A stretch of 64,000 nucleotides of DNA from positions 64,412 through 128,411 of the forward strand of contig PHBJ01000003.1 of the NCBI GenBank assembly GCA_002840555.1, read 5' to 3'. The notes beneath the pieces are model-generated. The model searched no databases. It saw only the letters and a program-made list of their open reading frames with translations, and had not been told where the DNA came from. Positions 47,154 to 56,344 of the stretch are shown piece by piece (position 1 is the stretch's first letter; each line of letters opens with the position of its first letter). A program made the position numbers and the translations under genes. This stretch comes from Deltaproteobacteria bacterium HGW-Deltaproteobacteria-13 (GTDB taxonomy: Bacteria; Desulfobacterota; Syntrophia; Syntrophales; Smithellaceae).

Positions 47154-47531
47154 TCAATATTTTTTCGGATACGTCATATCCGACGTTTGGGTCAGCCTCT
47201 TATAAAAGTATTTCGGGTTAAAATTTCTCTTGATCGTAATGGCGCCCTGGGGACAGGCCGCACCGCAGCAAAAACAGGCCATACAAAGAGTGGCTCCCGT
47301 CTTTAGGACATCCACATGCGGCATGCCGCATTTCACGGCCTTTTTCATGTCCTGCAATAAATCGTTTTTAGTCACCTTGTCCGTCACAATGCATCCACCC
47401 GGACATACTCTTACGCATATGCCGCACCGTTTGCATTTTTTGGCGTTAAAATAAAGATCTGCGGTTTGCACATGAGTTAACTTATCATAGGTCGGTATTC
47501 TCAACCGGTCGATCAAAGTGAATTTTTTCAT
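47154..47531 (-). CDS. 2x[4Fe-4S] ferredoxin-domain protein
   Basis: CKRCGICVRVCP and CMACFCCGAACP cluster motifs. Starts 1 nt after the nitroreductase stop. Confidence 0.75.
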   Translation of the reverse strand: MKKFTLIDRLRIPTYDKLTHVQTADLYFNAKKCKRCGICVRVCPGGCIVTDKVTKNDLLQDMKKAVKCGMPHVDVLKTGATLCMACFCCGAACPQGAITIKRNFNPKYFYKRLTQTSDMTYPKKY

Positions 47532-47532
47532 A

Positions 47533-48336
47533 TTATTCCCCCTGTTTCTTGATTCTCGGAGCGTCGTTCATTCCTTTTTCATACCATTGAACCAACTGCG
47601 TCTCGCGCGGCACCATACCGTCCGCCTTGGGACTGGGCCAGCCGAAGCCAATGCAGTCATTGAGACGGTATGGATATTTGATGCCGAATTTCTTTTTCCA
47701 TTTGGGCAGATACATCAGCAGCTTGGTCGTTCCGAACCAGCAGCTTCCCGCGCCCATGCTGTGAGCGGCTAAAATCATATTCTGGCCGCAAATGCCGATA
47801 TCCGTCGCCGGGCATCCGGCGCCGCGCTTGTCTTCAACCATCAAAATCAACGTCGGCGCGCCGTGAAAAACAGGAGCCTTTCCCTGAGCAATCTGCGACA
47901 TCAATGCGAACGGCACGGGATTGAGTTCATTTTTCATAAAGCGTATGATCCACTTAACCCAGCTCAGAATATAGAGTCTCCGCAAAATATTACCCCGCGT
48001 GTAATCGATGAAAAACATGAAAAATTTTGCCATTTTTATCGCATCCTTTTCCATTTCCGTGAGGATTTCCGGACTATTGACAACGATGAATTTCCACGGC
48101 TGAGTGTTGCCGGTCGACGGAGCAAAGCGGCCGGCCTCCAGAATCCTGTGAATCATGCCGTCCGGCAAAGGTTCTGGTTTAAACGCGCGGGTGCTGCGTC
48201 TCTCCAGAATAACTTTTTCCACCGGGTTCCAGGGCATACCTTCTTCATATTTTCCCAGTGGAGATAATGTTTCATTTTTAGAGTTTTTATTCCCCTCGTT
48301 TGTTTCTTCCGATTGTGCCAGAACAACATTTTCCAT
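47533..48336 (-). CDS. Nitroreductase-family flavoprotein
   Basis: RRSTRAFKPEPLP ... APSTGNTQPW nitroreductase N-terminal signature. Confidence 0.75.
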   Translation of the reverse strand: MENVVLAQSEETNEGNKNSKNETLSPLGKYEEGMPWNPVEKVILERRSTRAFKPEPLPDGMIHRILEAGRFAPSTGNTQPWKFIVVNSPEILTEMEKDAIKMAKFFMFFIDYTRGNILRRLYILSWVKWIIRFMKNELNPVPFALMSQIAQGKAPVFHGAPTLILMVEDKRGAGCPATDIGICGQNMILAAHSMGAGSCWFGTTKLLMYLPKWKKKFGIKYPYRLNDCIGFGWPSPKADGMVPRETQLVQWYEKGMNDAPRIKKQGE

Positions 48337-48413
48337 ACGCCCCCCTTGGTCGGATTACATTGCTGTTTATTCGGATTAACTTTAAAAACTTTTAAAGTTC
48401 CCAAACAATATCT

Positions 48414-50126
48414 TTATAATGCTTTTGCTTCCACATATTGATTCCTTTGAGCATCATAAGTTCCGGCAATAATGCCCTTCTTCTCCAGTTCTTTTTTGAT
48501 GATTCGCTGTGTTTCCGTTTTGGGAAATTCTTTGACGATCTTGACAAATCGCGGAACGGCAAACTTCGCCAGATCTTCTTTCAGGGTTTCAACGAGATCC
48601 GCTTCTTTGAGTGTATGCCCGTCAACCAGGGAAACGCAAGCCATGATTTCATCCTCGGCCAGTTCCGAGGGAACCGCGTAAACAGCCGCTTCAAGAACCG
48701 AGGGGTGTTTCTGGATCGTATGTTCCACTTCATAAGCGGACACGTTCTCACCCTTGATGCGCATGAACTCCGCGTTGCGTCCGACAAAGTAGAGGTAGCC
48801 GTTTTTATCCCGTCTGACCAGATCTCCGGTGTATATCCAGCCGTCTTTCAGCTTATCATTGCCGGCTTTTTCATTTTTAAAATATTCCACTGATTTTTTC
48901 TTGCCTTTGGATTCAAAAATGAGCTGCCCCGGCGTGCCGTCCGGAACATCTTTGCCTTCATTGTCCACCAGCCGGTACACGGTGTTGGGGGCAGGTTTGC
49001 CGATAGAGCCGACCGGGGCGTTCCCCAGATTCATGATGCTCTTGCCGCCGCCGTCAACGGAGCCGTAAGCTTCATAGATTTTAATGCCGAATCTTTTTTC
49101 GAATTTTTCCCAATCGTCCACCGGGCAAGCCGCCGACAAGGTAAATCTTACGTTGTTAATATTGTCATTTTCTCTGGGCGGCTGTTTCATCAATATGGGA
49201 ATCATGGCGCCGATGGTATTGAATTCCGTAACCTTGTACTTGCGTATTTCGTCCCAGAATTTGCTCGCGGAAAATTTTCGTGCCAGAACCACCTTGCAGC
49301 CGCGGTGCATGGCCTGCGTTACGCACAGCCAAAGCGCGTTGCCGTGAAACAGAGGAAGAGAGGTGTAGAGAATGTCCGACTTTTTATACAGGGCGTTAGC
49401 CGGAAGCGAAAGCAATTTCAATGTGGTTTTCGCGTAGCGGTACATAACGCCTTTGGGCAGGCCGGTCGTTCCCGAGGTGTACAGGATGAAGCAGATGTCG
49501 TCTTTATCATATTTTATATTCGGGTTTTGAGCCGGCTTTGCTGAGGCGTGAGAAAGAGGAAGCATCCCCTTCGGCAGTGAGGATGAACTCACTGGAGCAG
49601 TACGGTTCACTATCACTGTTTTTCTTTTTTCGATCTTATCCGCTATTTTATTGTAAATATCGAGAAATTCCTCGTCGATAACAACAAATTCCGCATCGCT
49701 GTGATTGAGAATATAGAGCAGGCTGTCGCCGCGCAGCGATGTGTTGATGGGGATGGAGTACATCCCGATTTTCTGCGACCCGATGTAGACGTCCAGATAC
49801 TGGGGGCAGTTGGCCATAATGATGGCGACACCCTTGCCCTTGCCGGCGCCGAGCGAAAGCAGATAATTGGCGACCCGGTTGGCGTTTTCATCCATCTGCC
49901 GGAAAGAAAACTGTTTGTCTTCATAAATTAAAAATGTCCTGTCCCCATACTTGCGGGCTTTCTCTTCGATGAGTTCGGCCCAGGACATATCTTCCGCGAT
50001 TTCTTTTGTTTTGATCAAACTTCTGAAATTCGCCCGAAACGTTCCGCGCCCGATCTCATCTTTAAAAAAGATTAATAAACTTTTGACCATTGAAAATACA
50101 ATTTTTGAATTCGCCAACAAATACAT
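48414..50126 (-). CDS. AMP-dependent acyl-CoA synthetase (FATP/long-chain-like)
   Basis: AMP-binding motif YTSGTTGLPKGV, TGDL...D..GY.YF.GR, K near the C-terminus. Start uncertain (alternative ATGs at M13 and M47). Confidence 0.85.
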   Translation of the reverse strand: MYLLANSKIVFSMVKSLLIFFKDEIGRGTFRANFRSLIKTKEIAEDMSWAELIEEKARKYGDRTFLIYEDKQFSFRQMDENANRVANYLLSLGAGKGKGVAIIMANCPQYLDVYIGSQKIGMYSIPINTSLRGDSLLYILNHSDAEFVVIDEEFLDIYNKIADKIEKRKTVIVNRTAPVSSSSLPKGMLPLSHASAKPAQNPNIKYDKDDICFILYTSGTTGLPKGVMYRYAKTTLKLLSLPANALYKKSDILYTSLPLFHGNALWLCVTQAMHRGCKVVLARKFSASKFWDEIRKYKVTEFNTIGAMIPILMKQPPRENDNINNVRFTLSAACPVDDWEKFEKRFGIKIYEAYGSVDGGGKSIMNLGNAPVGSIGKPAPNTVYRLVDNEGKDVPDGTPGQLIFESKGKKKSVEYFKNEKAGNDKLKDGWIYTGDLVRRDKNGYLYFVGRNAEFMRIKGENVSAYEVEHTIQKHPSVLEAAVYAVPSELAEDEIMACVSLVDGHTLKEADLVETLKEDLAKFAVPRFVKIVKEFPKTETQRIIKKELEKKGIIAGTYDAQRNQYVEAKAL

Positions 50127-50163
50127 TTTACGTCCTCATTATTTTTTATTTGAATATAAAGCA

Positions 50164-51288
50164 CTATCCATTAACAATAGACTTTATCATTCCCAACTTT
50201 CGCATGGGGGCCAAACCTAAAAACGCCTGTACATGTTTGGCGTCACGGAATCTTTTCTCCTGGCCGTAATCTTTCATATACCCGTTGCCGCCTAAACACT
50301 GGATACCGTCCGTGGTCAATTTACAGGCCAGCTCCGACAGATGCACAGACGCCGCTCTGGAGTACAGATTCCATTGCGGTTCCTGATTCTCCACGGCCAT
50401 GGCCGCCTCGGACAGCACCATTTCGGCAATTTTCACCTGCACGGCCATCTGGCCCAACAGCATCCTCAGTCCCGACCAGTTGATGATTTCCTTGCCGCCC
50501 TGGAAGCGCTGCTGGCTGTAATCCAGGGCTTCATTAAAGGAGCCTTTCATAATCCCGCACTGCATGGCGGCAACCGCCGAGTGCATGCGGTCGGCAGCAT
50601 GATCAAAATACCTGGCCCCCTCCCCTTCCTGACCGATCAGCGTGCCCACAACACCCGCCATATTCAAATCCACGGCAGGACAGGAATGCAGCCCCAGACT
50701 AAATACCGGCTCGCTCCTGTTCAGTCCCTTATCCGCCGGATCGATGAGGAAGAACGAATAACCCTCCTGCCCCTTGATGCGCGCCGGAACTAAAGCATGT
50801 CCGGATATACCGCCGAGCACAACGTATTCGATGGCGCCGTTGATGATATAATTATCTTTTACTTTGACAGCCGTGAGTGTGGTGCCCGTTTCCGATGGAT
50901 TGGCAAAAGATGGACAGGCGATGAGAGCGGCCTTCGCATCTGCTGCTTTTCCCATAATGCCAGCCAGCAGATCTTTGTTCCCCGCCGCAAGCATAATTTC
51001 CTGAGAAAGAGCATTGGTAAAAATAATTCCACTGAGGCTGGCATCTACCGCGCTGATATGATCAAGAATAATACATAAAGCGCCTACGTCCTGGCCGATG
51101 CCTCCGCATTCTTCAGGCAATGTGGCGCTCAAGAGTCCGACTTCATGGGCTTTGGTGACAACGGAATCAAAAAAAGGACCAAAAGGATAGCGGTCGTTTT
51201 CTTCCCTGTTGGCGGCAAGTTCTTTGGCCGCGAAGCTGCGTGCCAGATCTTCAAAAGACTTGAGTTCGCATTTTACGGTGGTCAGCAT
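50164..51288 (-). CDS. Acyl-CoA dehydrogenase family protein
   Basis: ACAD three-domain layout. C-terminal ...QCLGGNGYMKDYGQEKRFRDAK motif region. Confidence 0.8.
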   Translation of the reverse strand: MLTTVKCELKSFEDLARSFAAKELAANREENDRYPFGPFFDSVVTKAHEVGLLSATLPEECGGIGQDVGALCIILDHISAVDASLSGIIFTNALSQEIMLAAGNKDLLAGIMGKAADAKAALIACPSFANPSETGTTLTAVKVKDNYIINGAIEYVVLGGISGHALVPARIKGQEGYSFFLIDPADKGLNRSEPVFSLGLHSCPAVDLNMAGVVGTLIGQEGEGARYFDHAADRMHSAVAAMQCGIMKGSFNEALDYSQQRFQGGKEIINWSGLRMLLGQMAVQVKIAEMVLSEAAMAVENQEPQWNLYSRAASVHLSELACKLTTDGIQCLGGNGYMKDYGQEKRFRDAKHVQAFLGLAPMRKLGMIKSIVNG

Positions 51289-51300
51289 ATTGGTCCCCTC

Positions 51301-52812
51301 CTATTCTTCTTCGAATACACGAGCCTGCGGTATGCAGCGCGCGATCAGGCAGTTAAAAAGATTGAGACGGTTGAGTTGGTTGGTGCCCTCGTAGATCTGC
51401 AAAAGCTTTGAGTCACGCAGAATTTTCTCGCACCCCTGTTCATGCCGCAGTCCCGCCTGCCCCATCATCTCGATGGCCATCTGGCTGTTTTTCATGCCCA
51501 TATCCGTACCCATGAACTTCGCAATGGAGGCCCATCCGGAACAGCGCTTCTGAGCTTCCAGGGATTGTCCTTCCACGAAAACCTGACGCATGAACCAGTT
51601 GAATAATTTCGTTTTATAGAAAGGGACAATGAAAATATCAATCACCGCCTGCGGCACGTATTTCATATAATAGTAAACCGGTTTGATTTGCAGGAAACTA
51701 AAAATCCCGCCCTTCAGACTATTGGAAAAATTGGCCTCACAATAAGCGAGCCGTCCGGCGATGACGTTTTTATACATCTCGGCCAGCATGATCTGCGCCC
51801 ATTCATGATTGATAAGCAGTTTGCCGTCCACAGCGGTTTCACCGGCAAACTTCAGAGCTTGTTCATAAGCCCCGCGTGCCACCCCGGTTCCAAAAGCGCC
51901 GACCGCGGGACGTGAAGCCTCGACGACATAATGAATGATCTGGTTGACCAGTTCTCCCGTCTCACGCAACTGGGACGGCGGCACAGTGCGTGAATCAACC
52001 AGGACATTTTCATCCGGCACAAAACAATCTTGAAAAATAAGTTCGCTCGCCGGACACGCCCGCTGACCCATCTTGTCTTCATGCTTGCCGAAAGAGAATC
52101 CCTTCATGCCGTTTTTGACCGCCAGCATTAATGTATTTTCGGACGGTTTTTTAAGATCGGTATAGGCGACCAGGGCGTGCCAGGTGGAAACATGGCCCAT
52201 GGAGATGAAGATTTTGTTGCCGTTGACGATGTATCCCCCTTTGACTTTTTCGGCAAAGCACGTTACCCGGCCGCGATCGACCAGTTCAACTTCTTCCACA
52301 TCCGTGCCGGCCCCCGGTTCGGTGATTGCCAGAGAAATCAGGCAGGGATTGCCCGTGCGTTCTCCCTCCTTCACTTCCCGGCAGACCTTGTTGATGACCG
52401 ATATATTCCACGACCCCAGCATGGTTACAAAACCGAGATAGTGTACAAAGACGACGTTGGCAATCCCTACGCAGGCCGAGGCCAACTCTTCGATCACATA
52501 ATTGAGACTCGTGAAAGCCCACCCCTGCCCCCCGAATATTTTGGGAATAAACAACGTGTAGAAACCCCATTCATTGACTTTCTGAATAAGGTCCCAGGGA
52601 AGGTATTCCGGATCCTGAAAACTTTTCAGATCCGTTTTGAGCGCCAGCGGCCTGATAACCTCATCGTTGAACCGGCGTGCATAGCTGACAAGAATTCTGG
52701 TTTCCTTAAGCTGACTCTTGGGTATCTTCGGAATAGCCTGCATACTGCAGTAGCTATCGTCGAAACGCGGCTCTCTCTCCAATAATGACTTGTTCTCCTT
52801 CGGCGTGATCAT
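51301..52812 (-). CDS. Acyl-CoA dehydrogenase family protein (long form, ~500 aa)
   Basis: ACAD middle-domain motif LAITEPGAGTD and C-terminal EKILRDSKLLQIYEGTNQ. Insertions are visible relative to the 374-aa neighbour. Confidence 0.8.
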   Translation of the reverse strand: MITPKENKSLLEREPRFDDSYCSMQAIPKIPKSQLKETRILVSYARRFNDEVIRPLALKTDLKSFQDPEYLPWDLIQKVNEWGFYTLFIPKIFGGQGWAFTSLNYVIEELASACVGIANVVFVHYLGFVTMLGSWNISVINKVCREVKEGERTGNPCLISLAITEPGAGTDVEEVELVDRGRVTCFAEKVKGGYIVNGNKIFISMGHVSTWHALVAYTDLKKPSENTLMLAVKNGMKGFSFGKHEDKMGQRACPASELIFQDCFVPDENVLVDSRTVPPSQLRETGELVNQIIHYVVEASRPAVGAFGTGVARGAYEQALKFAGETAVDGKLLINHEWAQIMLAEMYKNVIAGRLAYCEANFSNSLKGGIFSFLQIKPVYYYMKYVPQAVIDIFIVPFYKTKLFNWFMRQVFVEGQSLEAQKRCSGWASIAKFMGTDMGMKNSQMAIEMMGQAGLRHEQGCEKILRDSKLLQIYEGTNQLNRLNLFNCLIARCIPQARVFEEE

Positions 52813-52946
52813 ATTCTCCCCCCTTACGGATTAATCATGTCTGAACAATCTCGAATGCCACTCCTCTTCGAATTTCAAGAAGCGCGGTACTTTATGCTCG
52901 TCAAAAGCGGATCTCGCAGAGCCGGTCAATATTTTATGTCAATAAT

Positions 52947-54350
52947 TTAACGTGACGGCGCCTCCAGAATATGAACGCACATCGCCGCCTCTTCCGTGCC
53001 CAGAGCTCCTCCGCCGTTTTCCGCCAGAGCAAACCTTGCGTTTTTAACCTGACGCTTTCCGGCATTGCCTCTCAACTGCGTAACCAGTTCGTGTATCTGA
53101 GCCAGACCTGACGCGCCGATGGGATGGCCTCGCGAAATCAGGCCCCCGCTGGGGTTGATGGGAATGCGGCCGCCGAGGCTTGTCTCTCCTTTTTCGGCAA
53201 AGATGCCGCCTTCACCCTTAGGACAAAAACCGAGATTTTCGGCCTGTACAACTTCACCGAAAGCCGATGCATCATGAACTTCGGCGACATTAATATCCTG
53301 AGGGCCGACACCGGCTTTTTCATAAGCCTGCTTGGAAAGCCTCTCTCCTATTTCCGGAATATCCGAATCGAAAGAAGTTCTGATGGCAGAGCCGAGAACC
53401 GAAGCTTTGATCTTGACGGCCTGACTCGTTAAGCCAAGTTTCTTCACCGTATCTTCCGAACACAAAATAGCGGAAGCGGAACCGTCGCCAATGGGGGCGC
53501 ACATCGACCGCGTCAGCGGCCAGCTGACGATGCGATCGGACAAAACTTTATCCACAGGAACATCGAAGCAGTATTGGGCGTTGGGGTTCAGTGTGGAATT
53601 AAAATGATTTTTAGAAGCGATGATGGCCAGTTGTTCCGCCGTGGAACCGTATTTTTTCATATGCTGGCGGCAGGCATATCCGTAAACATCCATGAAGGGG
53701 GAATGGTCACCGGCTGTCAGTTTGGCCAGTTTCCATACCGTATCGTAGCCGACTTTTTCACCCAGAACAATGGCCGCCGTGAACTGGTCCCGGTATTTTT
53801 TCCATCTTGATTCTTTGGCTTTGGGCTTTTTCGCGCCGCCGCCTTTATGGACGTCCTTCTGATATTTTTGTTTAAATTGTTCCACCTTGATTTTTTCATC
53901 ATCCGTCAGGCCGAATAGAGAAAGGGCATTGGCGATAGGCAGAACGTTTTCGATGTCAATTCCTCCCAGGAATCCCTGAAAGACAAGATTCTTGTTGGAA
54001 TGATAAAGCTTCTCCGCGCCCACGGCCATGGTGATATCGTATAAGCCGCCTGCCACTCCGTACCACGCATGATGCAGTCCCGTGGAACCGCCCGCACAGG
54101 CATTTTCGACATTGGTAATGGGAATGCCTTCTATGCCCATTCCTTTGAGAGCGACCTGGCCGCGAATGGTCATCTGCCCGGCTTCACCCCATCCCGCGTT
54201 GGAAAACCAGAGAGCCTGAATATCGTTCTTGCTCAGACCCGCGTCTGTGAGACAACCTATCGCAGCAGCAATCGCGAGATCCTTGATACTTTTATCGGCG
54301 TGTTTGCCGAATTTGATAGTACTAACCCCTATTATATATACATCCCGCAT
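52947..54350 (-). CDS. Thiolase-fold protein (SCP-x / lipid-transfer-type thiolase)
   Basis: Active-site region NVENACAGGSTGL, C-terminal HDASAFGE ... NPSGGLISRGHPIGASG. Start set at the ATG at 54350 after GAGAGG. Confidence 0.8.
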   Translation of the reverse strand: MRDVYIIGVSTIKFGKHADKSIKDLAIAAAIGCLTDAGLSKNDIQALWFSNAGWGEAGQMTIRGQVALKGMGIEGIPITNVENACAGGSTGLHHAWYGVAGGLYDITMAVGAEKLYHSNKNLVFQGFLGGIDIENVLPIANALSLFGLTDDEKIKVEQFKQKYQKDVHKGGGAKKPKAKESRWKKYRDQFTAAIVLGEKVGYDTVWKLAKLTAGDHSPFMDVYGYACRQHMKKYGSTAEQLAIIASKNHFNSTLNPNAQYCFDVPVDKVLSDRIVSWPLTRSMCAPIGDGSASAILCSEDTVKKLGLTSQAVKIKASVLGSAIRTSFDSDIPEIGERLSKQAYEKAGVGPQDINVAEVHDASAFGEVVQAENLGFCPKGEGGIFAEKGETSLGGRIPINPSGGLISRGHPIGASGLAQIHELVTQLRGNAGKRQVKNARFALAENGGGALGTEEAAMCVHILEAPSR

Positions 54351-54421
54351 ATGGCAACCTCTCAATAGTTGATCAACTTCGTGCTTGATAATGCAAAATA
54401 AATATGGTAAATTAATTTTTG

Positions 54422-54439
54422 TAATTGGTTGACCAATTA
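54422..54439. promoter_or_regulatory. FadR/GntR-type operator candidate
   Basis: TAATTGGT-TG-ACCAATTA perfect 8-bp arms (TGGT-N2-ACCA core) in the divergent region between the thiolase and the GntR gene. Confidence 0.5.
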
Positions 54440-54521
54440 ATAGCAGATATTTACCACATGTCAAGTTTTTTTATGATTTTGGATATACTTTAATACTACA
54501 GAGCTTCAACAAGGATAGAAT

Positions 54522-55289
54522 ATGGAAAGTTTTCAAGCACATGAGCGCGTTATGAATATACTGATCAGGAAGATTTTCAACAGAGAGCTGAAACCCGGCG
54601 ACAAACTACCACCAGAGCGGCAGCTCGCCAAGGACATTCATGTGGACAGGGCGTCTTTGAGAATTGCGCTAAAGAATATGGAAATGATGAATGTGATCAC
54701 CATACGACATGGAGACGGCATCTATGTTCGTGACTACATGAAGGGCGCAAGCATCGATTTCCTGCGGATGCTTTTTCTGCAGACGGAAAAGGCTGATGGT
54801 GAATGGCTTGAAGATTCATATATCATGGATGAGATTTGGGAGTTCTGGGTAATGTTTCTTCCGGAAATGCTTAAATTTGCGGCCCAAAGATTTACACCGC
54901 GCGATATTAAAACCATGATCGATATTTTTGATGAAGAGCTTGCCAATTTGCACGACTGGAATTATTTAATAGAACTGGAACTGAAATCCCAGGAAACAAT
55001 CGCTGAGGTAGGAAAAAATATTGTAGTCATTCTCATGACACATACCTGTCGTCCCTTACGTAAAAAAATGATCGAACTCTTTTATTCTTCAATCGATGAA
55101 GAGAGCATCAAAAAACATATAGAAACAAAAAAAGATTTGATGCGATCATGTATGACTCTAGACACCAGGGAAAGGTTAGCTCTTATCGAACAATATCGCG
55201 AGATGCTCAATAGTCATCGCATAGCCATGCGCAAATTACTTTTTAAAGACGTGGATAAAAAAGTAACTAAACTTAAAAAACAGCGATAA
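54522..55289 (+). CDS. GntR-family (FadR/FCD-type) transcriptional regulator
   Basis: Winged HTH: GDKLPPERQLAKDIHVDRASLRIALKNMEMMNVITIRHGDGIYV. All-helical C-terminal domain. Confidence 0.85.
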   Translation: MESFQAHERVMNILIRKIFNRELKPGDKLPPERQLAKDIHVDRASLRIALKNMEMMNVITIRHGDGIYVRDYMKGASIDFLRMLFLQTEKADGEWLEDSYIMDEIWEFWVMFLPEMLKFAAQRFTPRDIKTMIDIFDEELANLHDWNYLIELELKSQETIAEVGKNIVVILMTHTCRPLRKKMIELFYSSIDEESIKKHIETKKDLMRSCMTLDTRERLALIEQYREMLNSHRIAMRKLLFKDVDKKVTKLKKQR

Positions 55290-55370
55290 GGATAAATAAT
55301 AAGTCGAAGTGCCCTTCTGTGTAAATCCGGCTTCTTCATCACGTCTAATTTTATCCTTTTCTTCCTTAAC

Positions 55371-55399
55371 TCTTAAATCTTAAAACTTAATTACTTAAA
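55371..55399. repeat. Left 29-bp inverted repeat bracketing the AT-rich cassette
   Basis: TCTTAAATCTTAAAACTTAATTACTTAAA. Its reverse complement matches 62927-62955 at 28 of 29 positions. Confidence 0.6.
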
Positions 55400-55471
55400 T
55401 CTTTTTCTTTTCACTTTTCACGGTTATTTACTTAACTATTTAACCCTTAAATCTTAAATCTGTCTTTTTTT

Positions 55472-55508
55472 AACATAGAACGTCGAACTAGAACATAGAA
55501 CTTCGAAC
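55472..55508. repeat. Tandem direct repeat (17 nt x2, 20-nt period)
   Basis: AACATAGAACgTCGAAC / AACATAGAACtTCGAAC. Confidence 0.5.
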
Positions 55509-55613
55509 ATTTCTTTGTCCCCACCTCCCTAGAGGGATACTGTAATTCACTCTTAACCCTTAAATGTCTGTTATAATTTTAAGATATTTATTTTTGAAAA
55601 TAAAAATTACAGC

Positions 55614-55642
55614 TTGACATCGTATCTTACATACTGTAAGAT
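55614..55642 (+). promoter_or_regulatory. Near-consensus sigma70 promoter of the cassette operon
   Basis: TTGACA (55614-55619), 17 nt, TAAGAT (55637-55642), about 50 nt upstream of the first ATG (55691). Confidence 0.55.
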
Positions 55643-55660
55643 AAACTTACAGCGTGTAAA
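55624..55660 (+). promoter_or_regulatory. Two operator-like palindromes overlapping and following the -10 box
   Basis: ATCTTACA-tac-TGTAAGAT (55624-55642, perfect) and CTTACA-gcg-TGTAAA (55646-55660). Both share the TTACA-N3-TGTAA core. Confidence 0.45.
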
Positions 55661-55690
55661 CACTGGGGATTAATACATAGGGGGTAAAAT

Positions 55691-55981
55691 ATGGAATTAG
55701 ATAGAAAGAAAATATTAGATGTGGTGATCAAGGCATTACGAGAGGCGCAATATGAAATAGGAGAAAATAACGAAAATATTGCAGAGAGTACAAAGCCAAT
55801 TGGGGATTTAAAATATTTTGATAGTCTTTCTAGTGTCTATGTAACAGTCCATTGTTTGGATACATTAGGATATAATGAAGAACTTAAAATGCCTAGTCTC
55901 TTTATAGATAAGGAAGGCAATGCCTTAACGGTCGGTAGAGTCGTGGATGAAATATTAAAACTTTTCAGAAAAAATAATTAA
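55691..55981 (+). CDS. Small acidic protein with acyl-carrier-protein-like layout (tentative)
   Basis: 96 aa. GDLKYFDSLSSVYVTVHCLDTLGY resembles the ACP DSL site plus helix II. TVGRVVDEILKLF resembles ACP helix IV. First gene of the operon. Confidence 0.4.
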   Translation: MELDRKKILDVVIKALREAQYEIGENNENIAESTKPIGDLKYFDSLSSVYVTVHCLDTLGYNEELKMPSLFIDKEGNALTVGRVVDEILKLFRKNN

Positions 55982-55990
55982 GGATGTATT

Positions 55991-56344
55991 ATGACAAAAA
56001 ATGATGCAAATAAAAGTCGTGAGCTAATATGTTCAAGATTGAGCATTGCGCGGAAACGCGCGGGATTGTCACAATCGCAAGTTGCGATTATGTTAAATTT
56101 GCCGCGACCTTCAATCTCGGAAATAGAGGCCGGGAGGCGTCGCATTACGGCAGAGGAGTTACTAAAATTTGCGGAACTTTATTCTGTTGATTTAGAATGG
56201 TTAGCAGGCAAAGATGAAAATCAAGTAAATAAAATAAGAGATGAATTATTTTTGGCTGCACGAAACGCTAAAGGACTAAAAGTTGAAGATATTGAAAAAA
56301 TTGTTGATATATTAACGTCGCTGAAAACCAAAGGAGTAAAATAG
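55991..56344 (+). CDS. XRE-family helix-turn-helix regulator
   Basis: LSIARKRAGLSQSQVAIMLNLPRPSISEIEAGRRRITAEELLKFAELYSV: HTH_3 pattern. Confidence 0.85.
   Translation: MTKNDANKSRELICSRLSIARKRAGLSQSQVAIMLNLPRPSISEIEAGRRRITAEELLKFAELYSVDLEWLAGKDENQVNKIRDELFLAARNAKGLKVEDIEKIVDILTSLKTKGVK

Noticed and set aside
55290-55570. CTTAAAT-rich low-complexity stretch as a coding region or minisatellite
   Set aside because: There is no ORF and no regular period. It is retained only as part of the cassette-boundary observation.
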